From: Ginglymostoma cirratum
Lineage: Eukaryota
NCBI GenBank assembly: GCA_024137785.1
Contig: JAHRHZ010000150.1
Span: forward strand, 755,627 to 819,626
Reading direction: 5' to 3'
DNA: 64,000 bases
Shown here piece after piece: positions 27,047 through 39,866 of this stretch. A program made the position numbers and the translations under genes. How positions within the stretch are numbered: the stretch's first letter is position 1; each line of letters starts with the position of its first letter. The notes below the pieces were generated by a model. The model ran no database searches. It saw nothing but the letters and a program-made list of their open reading frames with translations, and was not told the DNA's origin.

Positions 27047-27500
27047 TTTTTTTAAATTTCAAAAATATATGTTATTCATTAATAAATTCTTCCCATATAT
27101 ATAAACATGGCTTAGTTCTGTACGGTAGCATATGAAGAAAACTAAAAAAAAGACATTGGATTTTGACTCGATCTAACAAACAAACGAAAGGCAAGCCTTA
27201 CTTGAACCAGACTATATTTACATACATTTGAGGCACCAGGACAGTTCAATAACTGAACAGACCCCCATTTAACTTCAGCAGGAAGATTTCAGGCAGTTGT
27301 CTTTTCCCACTGCGCCTTGGCGGCAGCTGCGCCAGGCATGAGTATGTCCCCCAGCATATCGTTCTTGACCTTGGAATGTGCCAATCTGCAACATTCTTTC
27401 GAGGTCAACTCCTTGTTCTGGAAGACCAACAAGTTCTGGGAAAACCAGAGAATGTCTTTCACCGAGTTGTTGGTTGTCCAGACCCAGTACTCTGCCCAGT
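27047..27500 (-). mobile_element. Tx1/L1-like LINE 3' end
   Basis: Minus-strand ORF ends NSVKDILWFSQNLLVFQNKELTSKECCRLAHSKVKNDMLGDILMPGAAAAKAQWEKTTA*, followed by 3' UTR and an A-rich tail. Confidence 0.65.
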
Positions 27501-27844
27501 TAAACTTTCTTCCCTGTGTCTGTCCTGAGATACAAAATGGAGCAGTGATGTGACATCTAATCGATTGTTCCGTCCTTTGACAGGAAGTGAATTGCTTTCC
27601 TCCCACCCCCCAAGAAAACAGACTCATGCAAATCATTCCAATCTCTATGAACCTCCAGTGGGTGGCTTATATCTTCCGGTTACCGGCGTAGTCAAAGACA
27701 GACACTGCCTTTCCTTATATAGAAACAGAGGAGGTCTTCTGGAAGCTCTGGCAATGATGTCACATTCACAGACGAACACTGAATCCTACGGCAGAGCGAG
27801 AGGATTTGCATTTTTGTGAGAGTTGTCCCACGTTGGGAGGGAAA

Positions 27845-28809
27845 ATGTTTGGTGCACTTTCTCTACATCTCCTGTTATTGCTGCTCCCAGGTAACTTTCC
27901 AGCCTAGGTGAAATATTTGAGACAGTCTTAATTCGCTTTTGGTGCTGTAGTGGATTTTCGGTCAGCCAGATCATTTGTAGGTTTTGTTCTTGTCTACTGT
28001 CAAAAAACAAGAGCTGTCTTGCTGCAGAAAGTTCTGTATGGCCAGAGAAGCAGCTACAATTGTACTTCATGTCGGGGAGATACATAAACGTCGAAGGTGG
28101 TATTATTTGCGGGTGATAGTGCGGAATACATTGGAACTGGAAATTGCTTGAACGATGTTCAGAGAGGTAAATTAACTGGGCCAATGCACCTTTTGAAGCT
28201 GCATTATTCCCTGCTTCTGTAAATATCTTCCTTTTGTTTCTGATCTGCATTTCATGAGCCGCTATTCGTTGTCCATCAATTGGAATTGGCAGTGCTGAAC
28301 ATCCAAATAACCGGGCACAATGCCCACACCAGTGATCAACAGCGTTCACTGTATCTCTGTAAAATGGGGAAATGATGTGTCTTTGTGAGGCGGGCGTATT
28401 TAGAAGAGCCTGTTATGATAGAAACCAGAGGACATATCTGGGTTTCGGCAAACAATTCATAATTCATCCTCAAACGAATTCCTTTTCTCTCCATCTTCTT
28501 CCTTTAGTGACTTGTAGAAGTGCCCTCATATCCCAATGGCCGGAGCGTTTGTCTCTACAAAAGGGAAAGATGGTGGAGATGCACTGTTACCAAAACGACA
28601 CTAGCTATACCTACATGTACTGGTACCGGCAGCTCAGTGGAGCAGCCCTGCAGCTTGTAGCAACTTCGACTGGTACCGCAGAGCCCACGTTCGAAGATGA
28701 TTTCAAGGCAAGATTCAAAGGCACCAGGAGCAATACTAATTCGTGCAGCCTGAAAATCCCGAAGCTCGAGGCAGCTGATACTGCGGTTTATTTCTGCGCT
28801 GCCAGTGAT
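27845..28809 (+). CDS. TRBV: TCR beta V gene segment, apparently functional (leader 27845-27890; V exon 28508-28809)
   Basis: MFGALSLHLLLLLLP/GT...AG/VTCRSALISQWPERLSLQKGKMVEMHCYQNDTSYTYMYWYRQ...DTAVYFCAASD. CRE-like TGATGTCA at 27755-27762. Confidence 0.95.
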
Positions 28810-28848
28810 CACAGTGATACAAACAATTGCAGGGTGGTTGAAAAAACC
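28810..28848 (+). promoter_or_regulatory. 23-spacer RSS
   Basis: CACAGTG (consensus) - 23 nt - GAAAAAACC. Confidence 0.95.
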
Positions 28849-30462
28849 TAGTGAACGGTTGGACTGTCAGCATATAGATTGGAAATTGGTTTTGACTTTT
28901 CTCTCAGGCCTTCTGTTAACTTAGTCTAGGGAATGATGCAGCTCAACATTTCCTACATTGCTCCTTCTGTTTTTGACTAAGATGATAGCTTCACTTTTCA
29001 CATCCCTCCCAAGTATTGATCCTGACGTAATGATAGGAAGAAAGTTGCATATTCTTCTGCCTCTCCACATATCTCCCCACGAGCCCCACGTCAACACTTC
29101 CCGTAATGATGAGAGCCTCGATTTTCTGTCATCTATAGCACCTTGCGAGGCCATTGTGCATCCAAAAAGAGAACTGAATCCTCCTTTTTGTATTTGATAA
29201 GGAAGAGCGAAGCTTATTGCATTTTTATTCTGCTATTGCGTCATTTCCAAACAGAACTAGTTTGAATGTTGAAAGTACCACTTATATTCTGGCATCATGC
29301 TTTATTGTGCTTGCTTTTGCATGGGAGATGGAATTAATGATAAAATAGTGTGCAGGACCACCATGCACAAATAGCCACTTCTAAGGCCAAAAAAATGAAC
29401 TGAAACTAACTCGGAAATAGCTGAAGAAACTCAATAGCAGCAACTGTGGAGAGAGAAGCAGTGTTAATATTTCGAGTCAAGTGACTATCTTAAGAAGAAG
29501 AGTTCTGAAGAAGATTCAGACTGGACTCGAAACATTTACTCTGTTTGACAGGGTCAACCTCTTAAAGCCCTGTCAGGGTGTGATCCAACAGAGAAAAACG
29601 TTCAATGTTGTGGCCTCAACCACTTTCTGTGACAGAGAATTCCACAGTTGCACCACTCTCTGTGTGAAGACATTTCTCCCCATCTCAGTCCAAAATGGCC
29701 TACCTCGTAGTGGTACATGGGTCACATACACTCTTCCTGTTTTTGCCCTGTCCAATCATGCCTTAATTTTATAAGTTTCTAAAAGATTCCAAAGCCACAC
29801 CCCTTCTTCTAACCTAATTATCATGCTAACCGATCCAGACACATTTATGTCTGTCTTTGATATGCAGGCCGCATACATAATATACACCCAGTGTCTGAGA
29901 ACTGAAGGCATCAGAGCCCTCCAAAGGGCTGTTCTCCAGCAATCACGTTCTATAACCCTTTTTCCTGCATCTACCATGACTGTTGTGCTGAGGTTAACTT
30001 TTATTCTTGTTTCGTCTTTGTCCACCTTGGTCTGTTTGGTTGGAGGAAACTCACTCATGTCGGAGGGATTATGCAAACTCCACATACACAGTCACCTGCA
30101 GCTGGGATCGAACTCAGGTCTCTGGTTCTGGAAGGTAGTAATGCTAACTATTGAGCTGTCATGCTGAGCGTGCGTCACTGAGTGCATTCGGGACAGAAAC
30201 TGATAGATTCCCCGATCTGTCAGAAGATAAAAGTTTACAGGGGTAAGAGAGGAGAATGTGGTTGAGAAACGTATGAGCCATGAAAGAAGTGGAATAGACT
30301 TTATGAGCTGAATGGTGTAATTCTGCTCCTCTCTCTTTTCGCCTTCTGGCCGAGGAGATAGCATCTGATATTATTAAAGAGGGCTTTGCTCTATCCTTCA
30401 TTTGTGTACAATGGTTCCAGCCTCTGATTTCACTTCATTCTCAATGGCTTTCTAAACAGAGA

Positions 30463-31234
30463 TAAAAGGTACTGCAGATGCTGGAGAATCTGAGATAACA
30501 AGATGTGGAGCTGGATGAACACAGCAGGCCAAGCAGCATCATAGGAGCAGGAAAGCTTGACGTTTAGGGCCTAGGCCCTTCATTAGAAAATGGTTAAAAT
30601 TGTATCAGAGATAAAAAGTACTGCAGATGCTGGAGAATCTGAGATAACAAGGTGTGGAGCTGGATGAACACAGCAGGCCAAGCAGCATCATAGGAGCAGG
30701 AAAGCTTGACGTTTCGGGCTTAGGCCCTTCATCAGAAATGGGGGAGGGGAACAGGGTTCTGAAATAAATAGNNNNNNNNNNNNNNNNNNNNNNNNNNNNN
30801 NNNNNNNNNNNNNNNNNNNNNNNNNNNNNNNNNNNNNNNNNNNNNNNNNNNNNNNNNNNNNNNNNNNNNNNNNNNNNNNNNNNNNNNNNNNNNNNNNNNN
30901 NNNNNNNNNNNNNNNNNNNNNNNNNNNNNNNNNNNNNNNNNNNNNNNNNNNNNNNNNNNNNNNNNNNNNNNNNNNNNNNNNNNNNNNNNNNNNNNNNNNN
31001 NNNNNNNNNNNNNNNNNNNNNNNNNNNNNNNNNNNNNNNNNNNNNNNNNNNNNNNNNNNNNNNNNNNNNNNNNNNNNNNNNNNNNNNNNNNNNNNNNNNN
31101 NNNNNNNNNNNNNNNNNNNNNNNNNNNNNNNNNNNNNNNNNNNNNNNNNNNNNNNNNNNNNNNNNNNNNNNGTTCTGATGAAGGGCCTAGGCCCGAAACG
31201 TCAAGCTTTCCTGCTCCTATGATGCTGCTTGGCC
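30463..31234. mobile_element. Tandem/inverted Penelope-derived hammerhead repeat spanning the assembly gap, 17-bp TSD
   Basis: Two tandem units with minus-strand cores (~30560 degenerate, ~30710 intact) and a plus-strand core at 31175-31202. GGCTTTCTAAACAGAGA occurs at 30446 and 31235. Confidence 0.75.
30772..31171. other. Assembly gap (400 N)
   Basis: Run of N. Confidence 0.99.
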
Positions 31235-32395
31235 GGCTTTCTAAACAGAGACGTGTTGCACTTTCCAGCGTATTTTCTCCACAACCAACGATATTTTAAC
31301 CAGTTGACTATTAATGAATGCGCATTACCCTGAGAAAGTGATTGCAAAAAATGTCCTTAAACAGAATTACTGTCAAACATGACTGAAAGGCTTTGCCGCT
31401 ATCAAACCCCCGTGAAAAATTTCATCCATTTACCACCACTATCAAATATGTAGTGTTTCCAGTTGTTCAATTAAAGCACATCAACGACATTGCACTAAAG
31501 CCAAGGTGAAGACCTCTTGTGGTTCCATGGAAGTGGCCCTACGTCTGGTCCAGAAGCCCCGAGGTCATATCATACCTAGTCTCGAGTACTATCTCTAACC
31601 AGGTAGATTAGCGGAGGGCGGGGGCGTAGGGAGGTGTGCCAGATATATGAAGGAGAGGAAAAGGGCTAAATTAAAATTGTAAGGAGGACATAAGACACCT
31701 TCCACCCCATGTTCTATCCACTTTCCTCTCAAAGCATCAACAGTATTGGTGAAAAAAAAATCTGTGAATGCGGAAATCTGAAACAAAAATAGAAATTGCT
31801 GGAGGAACTCAGCAATTGTAAAAGCATCTGTAGAGAAAAACAACACAGTTAAAATTCGGGTCCAGTGACGCTTCTTCAAAAGTGATAGTAACTAGAAAAT
31901 GGTTAGCATTTGTGCTCAATTTGGGTTCTGGGGATAATTTGATTTTGGTTTGATTTGGTTCTGATGTTTTACAGATACAGTACATTGTTAAAGGTGAATG
32001 TTCAATTTCGGGATTTGGAAGTGAATCGAATAGTCAGGATGGTATTGATATTGTTGACCCTTTTGAAGCTGTTCTCACTCAGGCAGGTCAAAACTGTTCC
32101 AAACTCTTGATTGCACCTCACAGACCGTATGCAGACTTTGGGAAGTAAGGAGGCAAGTTACTCACTGCAGGATTTCCAGCTATTGTCCTGCTTTTGTCAT
32201 CACTGTACTTATGTGGTTGGTCCAAAACTGCACTTTAGGCCTTCAGAATCATTAGAATTTTACTCAACCATGATCTATACTTCACGGCCCAGCATGTCAC
32301 CTTGTCTAACATTGCAATCAAGCCATGGGATCAGTACTTGTTCAAAGAAGATTGCAGGAGAGCAAGTCAGGACCAACACGGTACCTACCGAAAAT

Positions 32396-32516
32396 CAGAG
32401 ATAGTAAGAACTGCCGATGCTGGGGTCAGAGATAAGTGTCCCTACCCGAAACGTCAACTTTCCTACTCCTCTGATGCTGCCTGCCCCCGCTGAGTTTCTC
32501 TAGCTCCGCACTGTGT
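32396..32516. mobile_element. Short Penelope-derived insertion, 14-bp TSD
   Basis: TACCTACCGAAAAT at 32382 and 32517; contains a CCCGAAACGTC half-core. Confidence 0.7.
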
Positions 32517-34440
32517 TACCTACCGAAAATGAGGTGGTAACCAGTTAAAATCACAACAAAGGGCCACTCATGTATAAAACAGCCTCGAATGGACAGAACT
32601 TATCGCTCCCACAACCAAGAGATCACATCAAAGCTCAGCAATTCTCCTACACGTCGTTTTGTGGATAGTGGTGTATGATTAAATAACAATTGGAATAAAC
32701 AATCTCATCTGCAATAGTGGAGGTATACAGTACCTCATTGTATAAGAGAAGCATTTGGAAGCACCGACAGCCACTGGCGATTGGACAATCCATCTCTGTC
32801 GTCTCTGAGGTTTTGTACATCGCAGACGTCTTTCTGCAGTCAATTCAATTCACACCATGTGACATCAGGAAATGGATGGATGCTATGATATTGTGCAGGC
32901 TGTGGGCCTTGGCACTTTACAGCTTCTGGGGATGAGAATTAACGTTCCAGCATTGATGATAGAGCAAGCTCTTTCTCACAGCCACAATCCCGGCACCCAG
33001 ACTACAACCTGGAAGATTGCCCAATTATGTCAGGTCCAGGAATTGCAGGAGTGTTCCATTCCATTCGGGCTATTTATCATCCCATCCATCCACTCTCAGG
33101 CTTCCCCAAATGGAATGAGGGTGTAATTGACATAGATAGGGTGAATAACCAAGGGATTCTTTTTTTCTCCCCAGCTTCGGGGAGTCTAAAACTAGAGCGC
33201 ATAGTTTTAAGGTGGCAGGGAAAATATTTAAAAGCGACCTGGGTGAAGTTTTGACATGCAGAAGGTGGTGCGTACATGAAGCAAACTGCTAAAGGAAATG
33301 GTGGAGGTGGGTTTAATTACAAATTTAAGAGGCATCATGGTAGGTTCATGAATAGGAAGGGTTTAGAGGGAAATGGGCCAAATGCTGGAAAATGGGACGA
33401 GATCAATTTAGAATATTTATTTGGTAATGAGATGTTGGACTGAAGGGTCTGCTTCGGTGCTGCATAACTCAACGAATCTACGAGAGTACTACCAAATGAC
33501 ACTTTCAAACAATAGCCTGTTAATGAACACTCAGTTAACATTTGTAAAGCACACTCAACGCCTGACCTCATTGCAGCCTTGTTCCAAACTTGGACTAAAC
33601 ATCTAAGCACATGAGAGTAAAAACAAATCTGAACACAAGAGTGTAAAAAATGAGCAGCAGCCCTTGGCATCAAGATTACAGTCGACCTATTGTGGCATCG
33701 AACGACTCTGACAGAAGTGGAATTATGTAATATAGATATACAAGTCACTGCAGGTTTGATTCATTCTGAATTCGGAGGAAGATGTTTAAAGATCGGATAT
33801 CTCAGCTCGGCAGAAGTGCCTCAGGCTAGTGCCCTAGGCCCAACCACCTTCATCTGCTTCATCGGTGATCTTTCCTCCAAGCGTTCACAGTAAAAGAGAG
33901 AGCTTTCAAGACATTAAGATGAACAGACTGGGTCAACATTTGGTAAATTCTCCAGCAAGTTCTGCTTTTGGTTGGAGGCAGAATGGGAAGTGGGGAAGAG
34001 GAGTCAACTTGGAATTCTCATCCTGAGACATGACCAAGGCAAGATTGATCCCGTTGCCTCTCTGTGAACCCATACTTATCATAGATCCTAGTAATGGTCA
34101 TTTGTCCACTTCCTACTTTGCAAACCTAAAAAATGTGTTTTAAACCCGTCAATGCAGTGAATGGACTGCAAACACATTTGACCCTCCTGGAGGGTGTTAC
34201 GGGGTGATTGAGGATGGCATCAATCTCATTGCAGCGGTTAACTGGTCAAGACTTTACAAAGAAAAAGAACATCGAGAGAACAGCAACTGAAGTTGAGTTC
34301 AGGGATCTGGTTATTTTCGAAGGCTGGGCGACTGAGTTTGCGAGATTTGGCGCAAGGTGTTTTGTTTCTCTCAATCTATATTGTGTCGGTTGCTATTTCG
34401 TCTCAACCGTTTCCTCTGTCTTTCTATCTTTTTCTCAAAG

Positions 34441-34737
34441 CGAATTGTAGAAGCATCCTCATCTCCCAATAGCTGGAGCGGGTGCCTGTACAAAACAGGA
34501 AGATGGTGGAAATGCGGTTACAAATTCACGGACGAGAGCTACAAGTACTGGTACCGCCACTTCAAATGAGACAGTGTGCAGCTCATAGTAGATTCTGTTA
34601 CCAGCTCTAATCCCACATCTGAAGATGGATTCAAGGAGAGGTTTGAAGTCACCAGGACCAGACGGAAATGGTGCAGCCAGGAAATACTGAGCTTGGAGTC
34701 AACTGAAACGGCAGTTTATTACTGAGGTGCTAATGAT
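34441..34737 (+). pseudogene. TRBV: TCR beta V pseudogene
   Basis: AG/ANCRSILISQ* has an early stop. Remnants ESYKYWYRH and EDGFKERFEV. VYY* shows the Cys mutated to TGA. Heptamer deleted; no leader found upstream. Confidence 0.88.
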
Positions 34738-36928
34738 CTCGGGCTCAGAGCTGGGTCAAAAATTTACCAGCCTGTCATACCATAAGCTGAGTGACTAGGA
34801 AAACGCTGCTGGCAGGTTTCGACAAGTTGGTCATTGGAATAGACTTTTATGCCATCCAACGCAACCTGATGAGTGGACAACATAATTTCCCAGCTTCTTA
34901 CATGCATAGAATCACGGAGATCTATAGGACAGATGAAGGCCTTTCAGTCCATCGAGTCGGCGCTTTTCGGAAACATCAACCTATAATATCCCAAACCGTT
35001 GTTTGTCTTGTCATCTCAAGTACACATACACTTCCTCAATGTGATAATTGTTTCTGCCAGTAGCACTCTTACACAAACTTGATTACAGATTCCCACCACT
35101 CTCTGGTTGAAATACATCTTCATTACAACCCCCGAAAACTACTGACTCTTACCTTAATTAAATACCCACTCCTCACACACCATTGATTGAGAACATGACA
35201 TTGGTACTTGAAACTTCCTTTCAGCTTCCCGTACTTGTCCAGCTCTCCTGCGCACTGCATGCATCCTATGCTTGGCGTATAATTCGTGTGCAGAAGTAAT
35301 GGCATTTCTCAAACGCCCAACTGACCCCTCGCCGTTTGTCAAAGAAGTGGAAGGCAGGCGGATTTGTGAGGATTTGAGTAAAAAAAAAGTTTTCACCCAA
35401 AGGGTGAAAGAGATCAAAACTTCATTGTCTGGCAGGTACTTGAGAAGGGAAACTTTTCCGTAAATCTATGCATCCTTGTCATTAAACCATCCACCAAGTG
35501 TAAAAGTCTCTTCCATTTACCCTGTCTACGTTCCTCATACTTTCATACATCTCACTTGCGTCCCCCCTCAGCTTCTCTGCTCCGAGGAAAATAACTCTGG
35601 TCTTTCTAATCTCCCTACATAATAAGATCCTTCTTTTTATTCATCCTGTAATGAAGAAAAACCTCCCATTCACTTTCTTATCTTCTTCCTAAAGTTACAC
35701 TTGGACATTTGAGGTGATTCTTCCAAATGAACTTCGAGTTGATGGCTACTGCTCCTGAAAACTTCGCAAATGTTTTGAAATTGTCCGCGTAGCAAGGCCA
35801 AAATAGATGCTGCATTCATACAGAATGGCATCTTAGACACGTTAGCCTGGAAGAACCTGTGCTTTTGTCAAAAATAGTTTTGAAATAATGCAAGATTGAG
35901 CAAACTAAATCTCATTAATGAAATCTTGAGTCTGATTATGCTATCCCTTTGATCTCACTCCTTCATACCCCCCAACGGGTCAACTGCTTGCTGGTTAAGT
36001 ATATTCCTAAATGTCTTCTCAACTCAAGATGAACAGTTTTCTTATTTGTTCCCTGAAAAGCTGCGTGATATCTCTTAGTGTCTGTGTGAATGAACAGGAA
36101 AAACAAAAGCTCATCAATATTAAATGTTAATTGCTTTGAATCAGAGTCAGCTGCGGACAATGGAAACATAATTTTTTTTCTCCGGCATCGCACGCCAGTC
36201 TCTTCCGCAGCAGCAGCAATATTCCAACATTTGAGCGAGGAGAGCTGTGTTCATGTCCCACATTACTCAGAGGTGTGTAACTGTATCTCTGAACAAGTGC
36301 ATTGAAAATTATCTAATATCTCGTTTTTCAGCCCAATCAAAATACTGTATCGAGTTGAAAATCTGCCTTCTAAGTAATAGGGAGGACTCTGTGGTTTTGC
36401 AACAACAACTGTTGAATGAAAGAGAAATTTTCTTTTTGTATTGCAAAATATTTCTTATTCATAAAAGTTACCTGCATACAAAACGTTCTGAAATACTTCC
36501 ATACATTTTTTGTAGAGAGAAAACGTGCCAGACAAAACATTGCAATTTGACATCTCTCAGTTCGCCCCTGCAGTTCTGAAAACAGAGGTATTTCCGCCCG
36601 TGCAGGAAACTGTTTACATTCACTTTGAGGCAACAGGATGGATTTGAGAACTGAATGACACTGTTCGGAATAGACAGCCGGTTTGAAATTCTTCTCTGTC
36701 TCCAGTCTGAGACATAAAATGGAGCAATGCTAATCCTTCTAAGCAATTATTCAGTACTTTTACATGATGTAATTTGTTCTCCCTCACATAAAACCAGACA
36801 CAAGTCAATCGTTCCAATCTAATAAACCTGCACGGTACATCGATGGCGTTAAACTTGCATGACGCCCTGTTTCCTTGGAAGCAATTGCCTCTCAGTAGTG
36901 ATTGTAATCAGTTGAAATTTGATCCTGT

Positions 36929-37495
36929 GATAACAAGCATGGGGCTGGATGAACACAGCAGGTCAAGCAGCATCATAGGAGCAGGAAAACTTGACGTTTT
37001 GGGCTTAAACCCTTCATCAGAAATGGGGGAGGGGAAGAGGGTTCTGAAATAAATAGGGAGAGAGGGGGAGGCGGATAGAGGATGGATAGAGGAGAGGATA
37101 GGTGGAGAGGAGGCAGACAAGTCGAAGAGGCGGGGATGGAGCCAGTAAAGGTGAGTGTAGCATCATCCCGCCCCCTTGACCTGTCCATCCTCCCTGGACT
37201 GACCTATCTCCTCCCTACCCCCCTACCTACACTCACCTTTACTGGCTCCATCCCCGCCTCTTCGACTTGTCTGCCTCCTCTCCACCTATCCTCTCCTCTA
37301 TCCATCCTCTATCCGCCTCCCCCTCTCTCCCTATTTATTTCAGAACCCTCTTCTCCTCCCCCATTTCTGATGAAGGGTTTAAGCCCGAAACGACAAGTTT
37401 TCCTGCTCCCATGATGCTGCTTGACCTGCTGTGTTCATCCAGCCCCATGCTTGTTATCTCGGATTCTCCAGCATCTGCAGTACCTTTTATCTCTG
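36929..37495. mobile_element. Large palindromic Penelope-derived insertion (232-bp arms) with hammerhead cores
   Basis: 36929-37160 is the near-perfect reverse complement of 37227-37458. CTGATGAAGGGTTTAAGCCCGAAAC at 37367. TSD-like GAAATTTG(A/T)TCCTGT at 36914 and 37498. Confidence 0.85.
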
Positions 37496-37534
37496 AAGAA
37501 ATTTGTTCCTGTACTTTCTCCCGTTTCTCCTCAG

Positions 37535-37806
37535 CTGGCTGCAGGGGCACAGTCGTCTCCCAGTGGGAGAACCACTTGTCTGCTGGAGTTGGGAAGACAG
37601 CGGAGGTGCACTGCTCTGATACCGCCAAGCACTGAGGAGCAGGGCTGCAGCTCATAGTAACCTTCATTTTTGGCTCCAAACCCTGGCCTGAAGAGGGTTT
37701 CAAGGACAAGTTTGAAGTCACTAGGCCTAGCCAGAAGTTGTGCAGCCTGAAAATACAGAGCTTGGTGCCGACTCATACTGCAGTCTGTTAATGTGCTGCT
37801 AGAGAT
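37535..37806 (+). pseudogene. TRBV: TCR beta V pseudogene
   Basis: AGCRGTVVSQWENHLSAGVGKTAEVHC, then deletion of CDR1/Trp and stops (VC*CAARD). Heptamer mutated to CATAGCG; leader region deleted. Confidence 0.88.
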
Positions 37807-39866
37807 CATAGCGATTCGAACAGGCTCAGAACTTGGTCATAAACCTACTCGCTTGTTATATCATTAGCCAAGAGATTGGGAAAGAGCTGCTGGCAGGTTT
37901 CAACAAGCTCGTCATTGATGTAGACTTCCCTGCCGTCCAACACAACCTCCCGAGCGGAAAAAAATAATTTCCTCGTCTTCCAGGAGCGATAGATAGAGTC
38001 ACAGAACTCTACAGTACAAAAGAAGACTCTTCAGCATATAGTATCCACGCCGGTCAAAAACAACCATCTAAATAGTCTGAGCCCATTTTCCAGCACTTTT
38101 TCCCTTACCAGTGTATGGCCTGGCAGTTGAAGTGCAGATCTAAATAGTTCTTCAAAGTGATGGGGCTTTCTGTTCTACCAAAATTACAGGAAGTAATTAG
38201 CTACTCCACCCTCGGTAAGATAGAGCTTTTCTTCTCATCTCTACTAAACCTTATGCCCTTTCCCTTAAAGTTTTGGCTGAAGTGGTTGATCACTCTATCC
38301 AGCGGAAATGTCATTTCCCGTCTACTATGTCTATCCTCCTCATAAACTTGTACATCTGAATCCAGCCCATTCTCAATTTCCTGACCTCTGAGTAAAACGA
38401 ACTTTGTGCCAAGTTCTTTTCTTCATACCATCCTTCCCTTTATTCCACCTGTATTAACGGTTAGCCTCCCAATCATTTTCTTATCTTCTTCCTGAAACAG
38501 CACTTGGGCAATTGAGGTGCAAATCTTCCATTCGAGCATTGATTTGCTGGGTGCTGCCTCTGGAAACTTTGTAACTCTTTTTGAAACTGTCTGTGTAGCA
38601 TAGCCAAAGTAGCTCCTGCAGTTATACAGAATGACATCTTAGTCACGTTAGCGTAGAAGAATTGTATTTGTCAAAAAAAGTTTCAAAGTAACAGCAGATT
38701 GAGCAAACTAAATCTTATTAATGAATACTCGAGGCTGTGGCGCTATCTCTTGCTTGCTAATCGCATATATTTCGACCTGTCTTGTCAAGATGGTTAATTT
38801 TCTCATTTCAACCCTGAGAAGCTGCATGGCAACTCTTAGTGTCTGTGTGAATGAACAGAGAAAACAAAAATTCATCAATGTTAAATGTTAATTGTCTTGA
38901 ATCAGAGGTAGCTGTGGACAATGCAATGACATTTTTCTCTGTCATTACATTCCGGACTCTTGTGGAACAACAGCAGTATCCCAACTTCTGAGCAAGGAGA
39001 ACAGCATTAAACTCCCATATTACTCAGAGGTGTGCCATAGAATCTTTGAGCAGGCTGTTTATATGGAATGAATGAGGAAGGCTCTTGTGAGGTCGTTATA
39101 CACTTGCTCTACAGCTCTTTAATACCACCTCTGAAGAGGTGCATTGAAACATATCTAATATCTCCATTTTCACCCTATCAAAACACTGTATCCAGCTGAA
39201 AATCTACCTTATCAGTCATAGGGAGGAACCTGTGATATTGCAAAAACAAACTTTCACATAAATGGAAAAGATTTTATGTTGCAAAAGTGTATGTTATTCA
39301 TAAACGTTATGTGCATACAAAACGCTCTCAAAGAGTTCTATGCAATTTTTGAAGAGAGAAAAACTAACAAACAGCACATTGGATTTTGACATCTCTCAGA
39401 TCGTCCCTGCAGTTCTGAGACATTTAGGCCCTTGCAGGAAATTGTTTATGTTCATTTTGAGGCAACAGGGTGAGATTGAGAACTGAAAGACCCGTACAGA
39501 ACAGTCAGTCCACTTTGACTTTCTTTTCCGTGTCCTTTCTGAAATGCAAAATAGAACAATGATGCGATTTCTAAATAATTACTCTGTTCTTTTACATGAG
39601 ATGATGTGCATTCTGCTAAATAAGACCAGACATGTGAATCAATATGAACCTGCAGGGTTTGGCAATAGCGTCGCACTTGCTTGACGACCTTGTGGTTCAG
39701 TTACTGGCGTTTTCACAGGCAGGACAGCTAAATTTCCTCAAGTGGGAACGCGGCAGCTCTATTGGACTCTCTCGCGATGAGGTCACGTCTACAGCTGAGC
39801 ATTAAATCCGGCGACAGGGCGAGAGGTTTTGCAGTGTGTGAGAGCTGTACCTCGTCGGTAGCAAAA

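Noticed and set aside
36843-37721. Mirror-image ORFs with identical peptides on both strands
   Set aside because: Artefact of the 232-bp palindrome.
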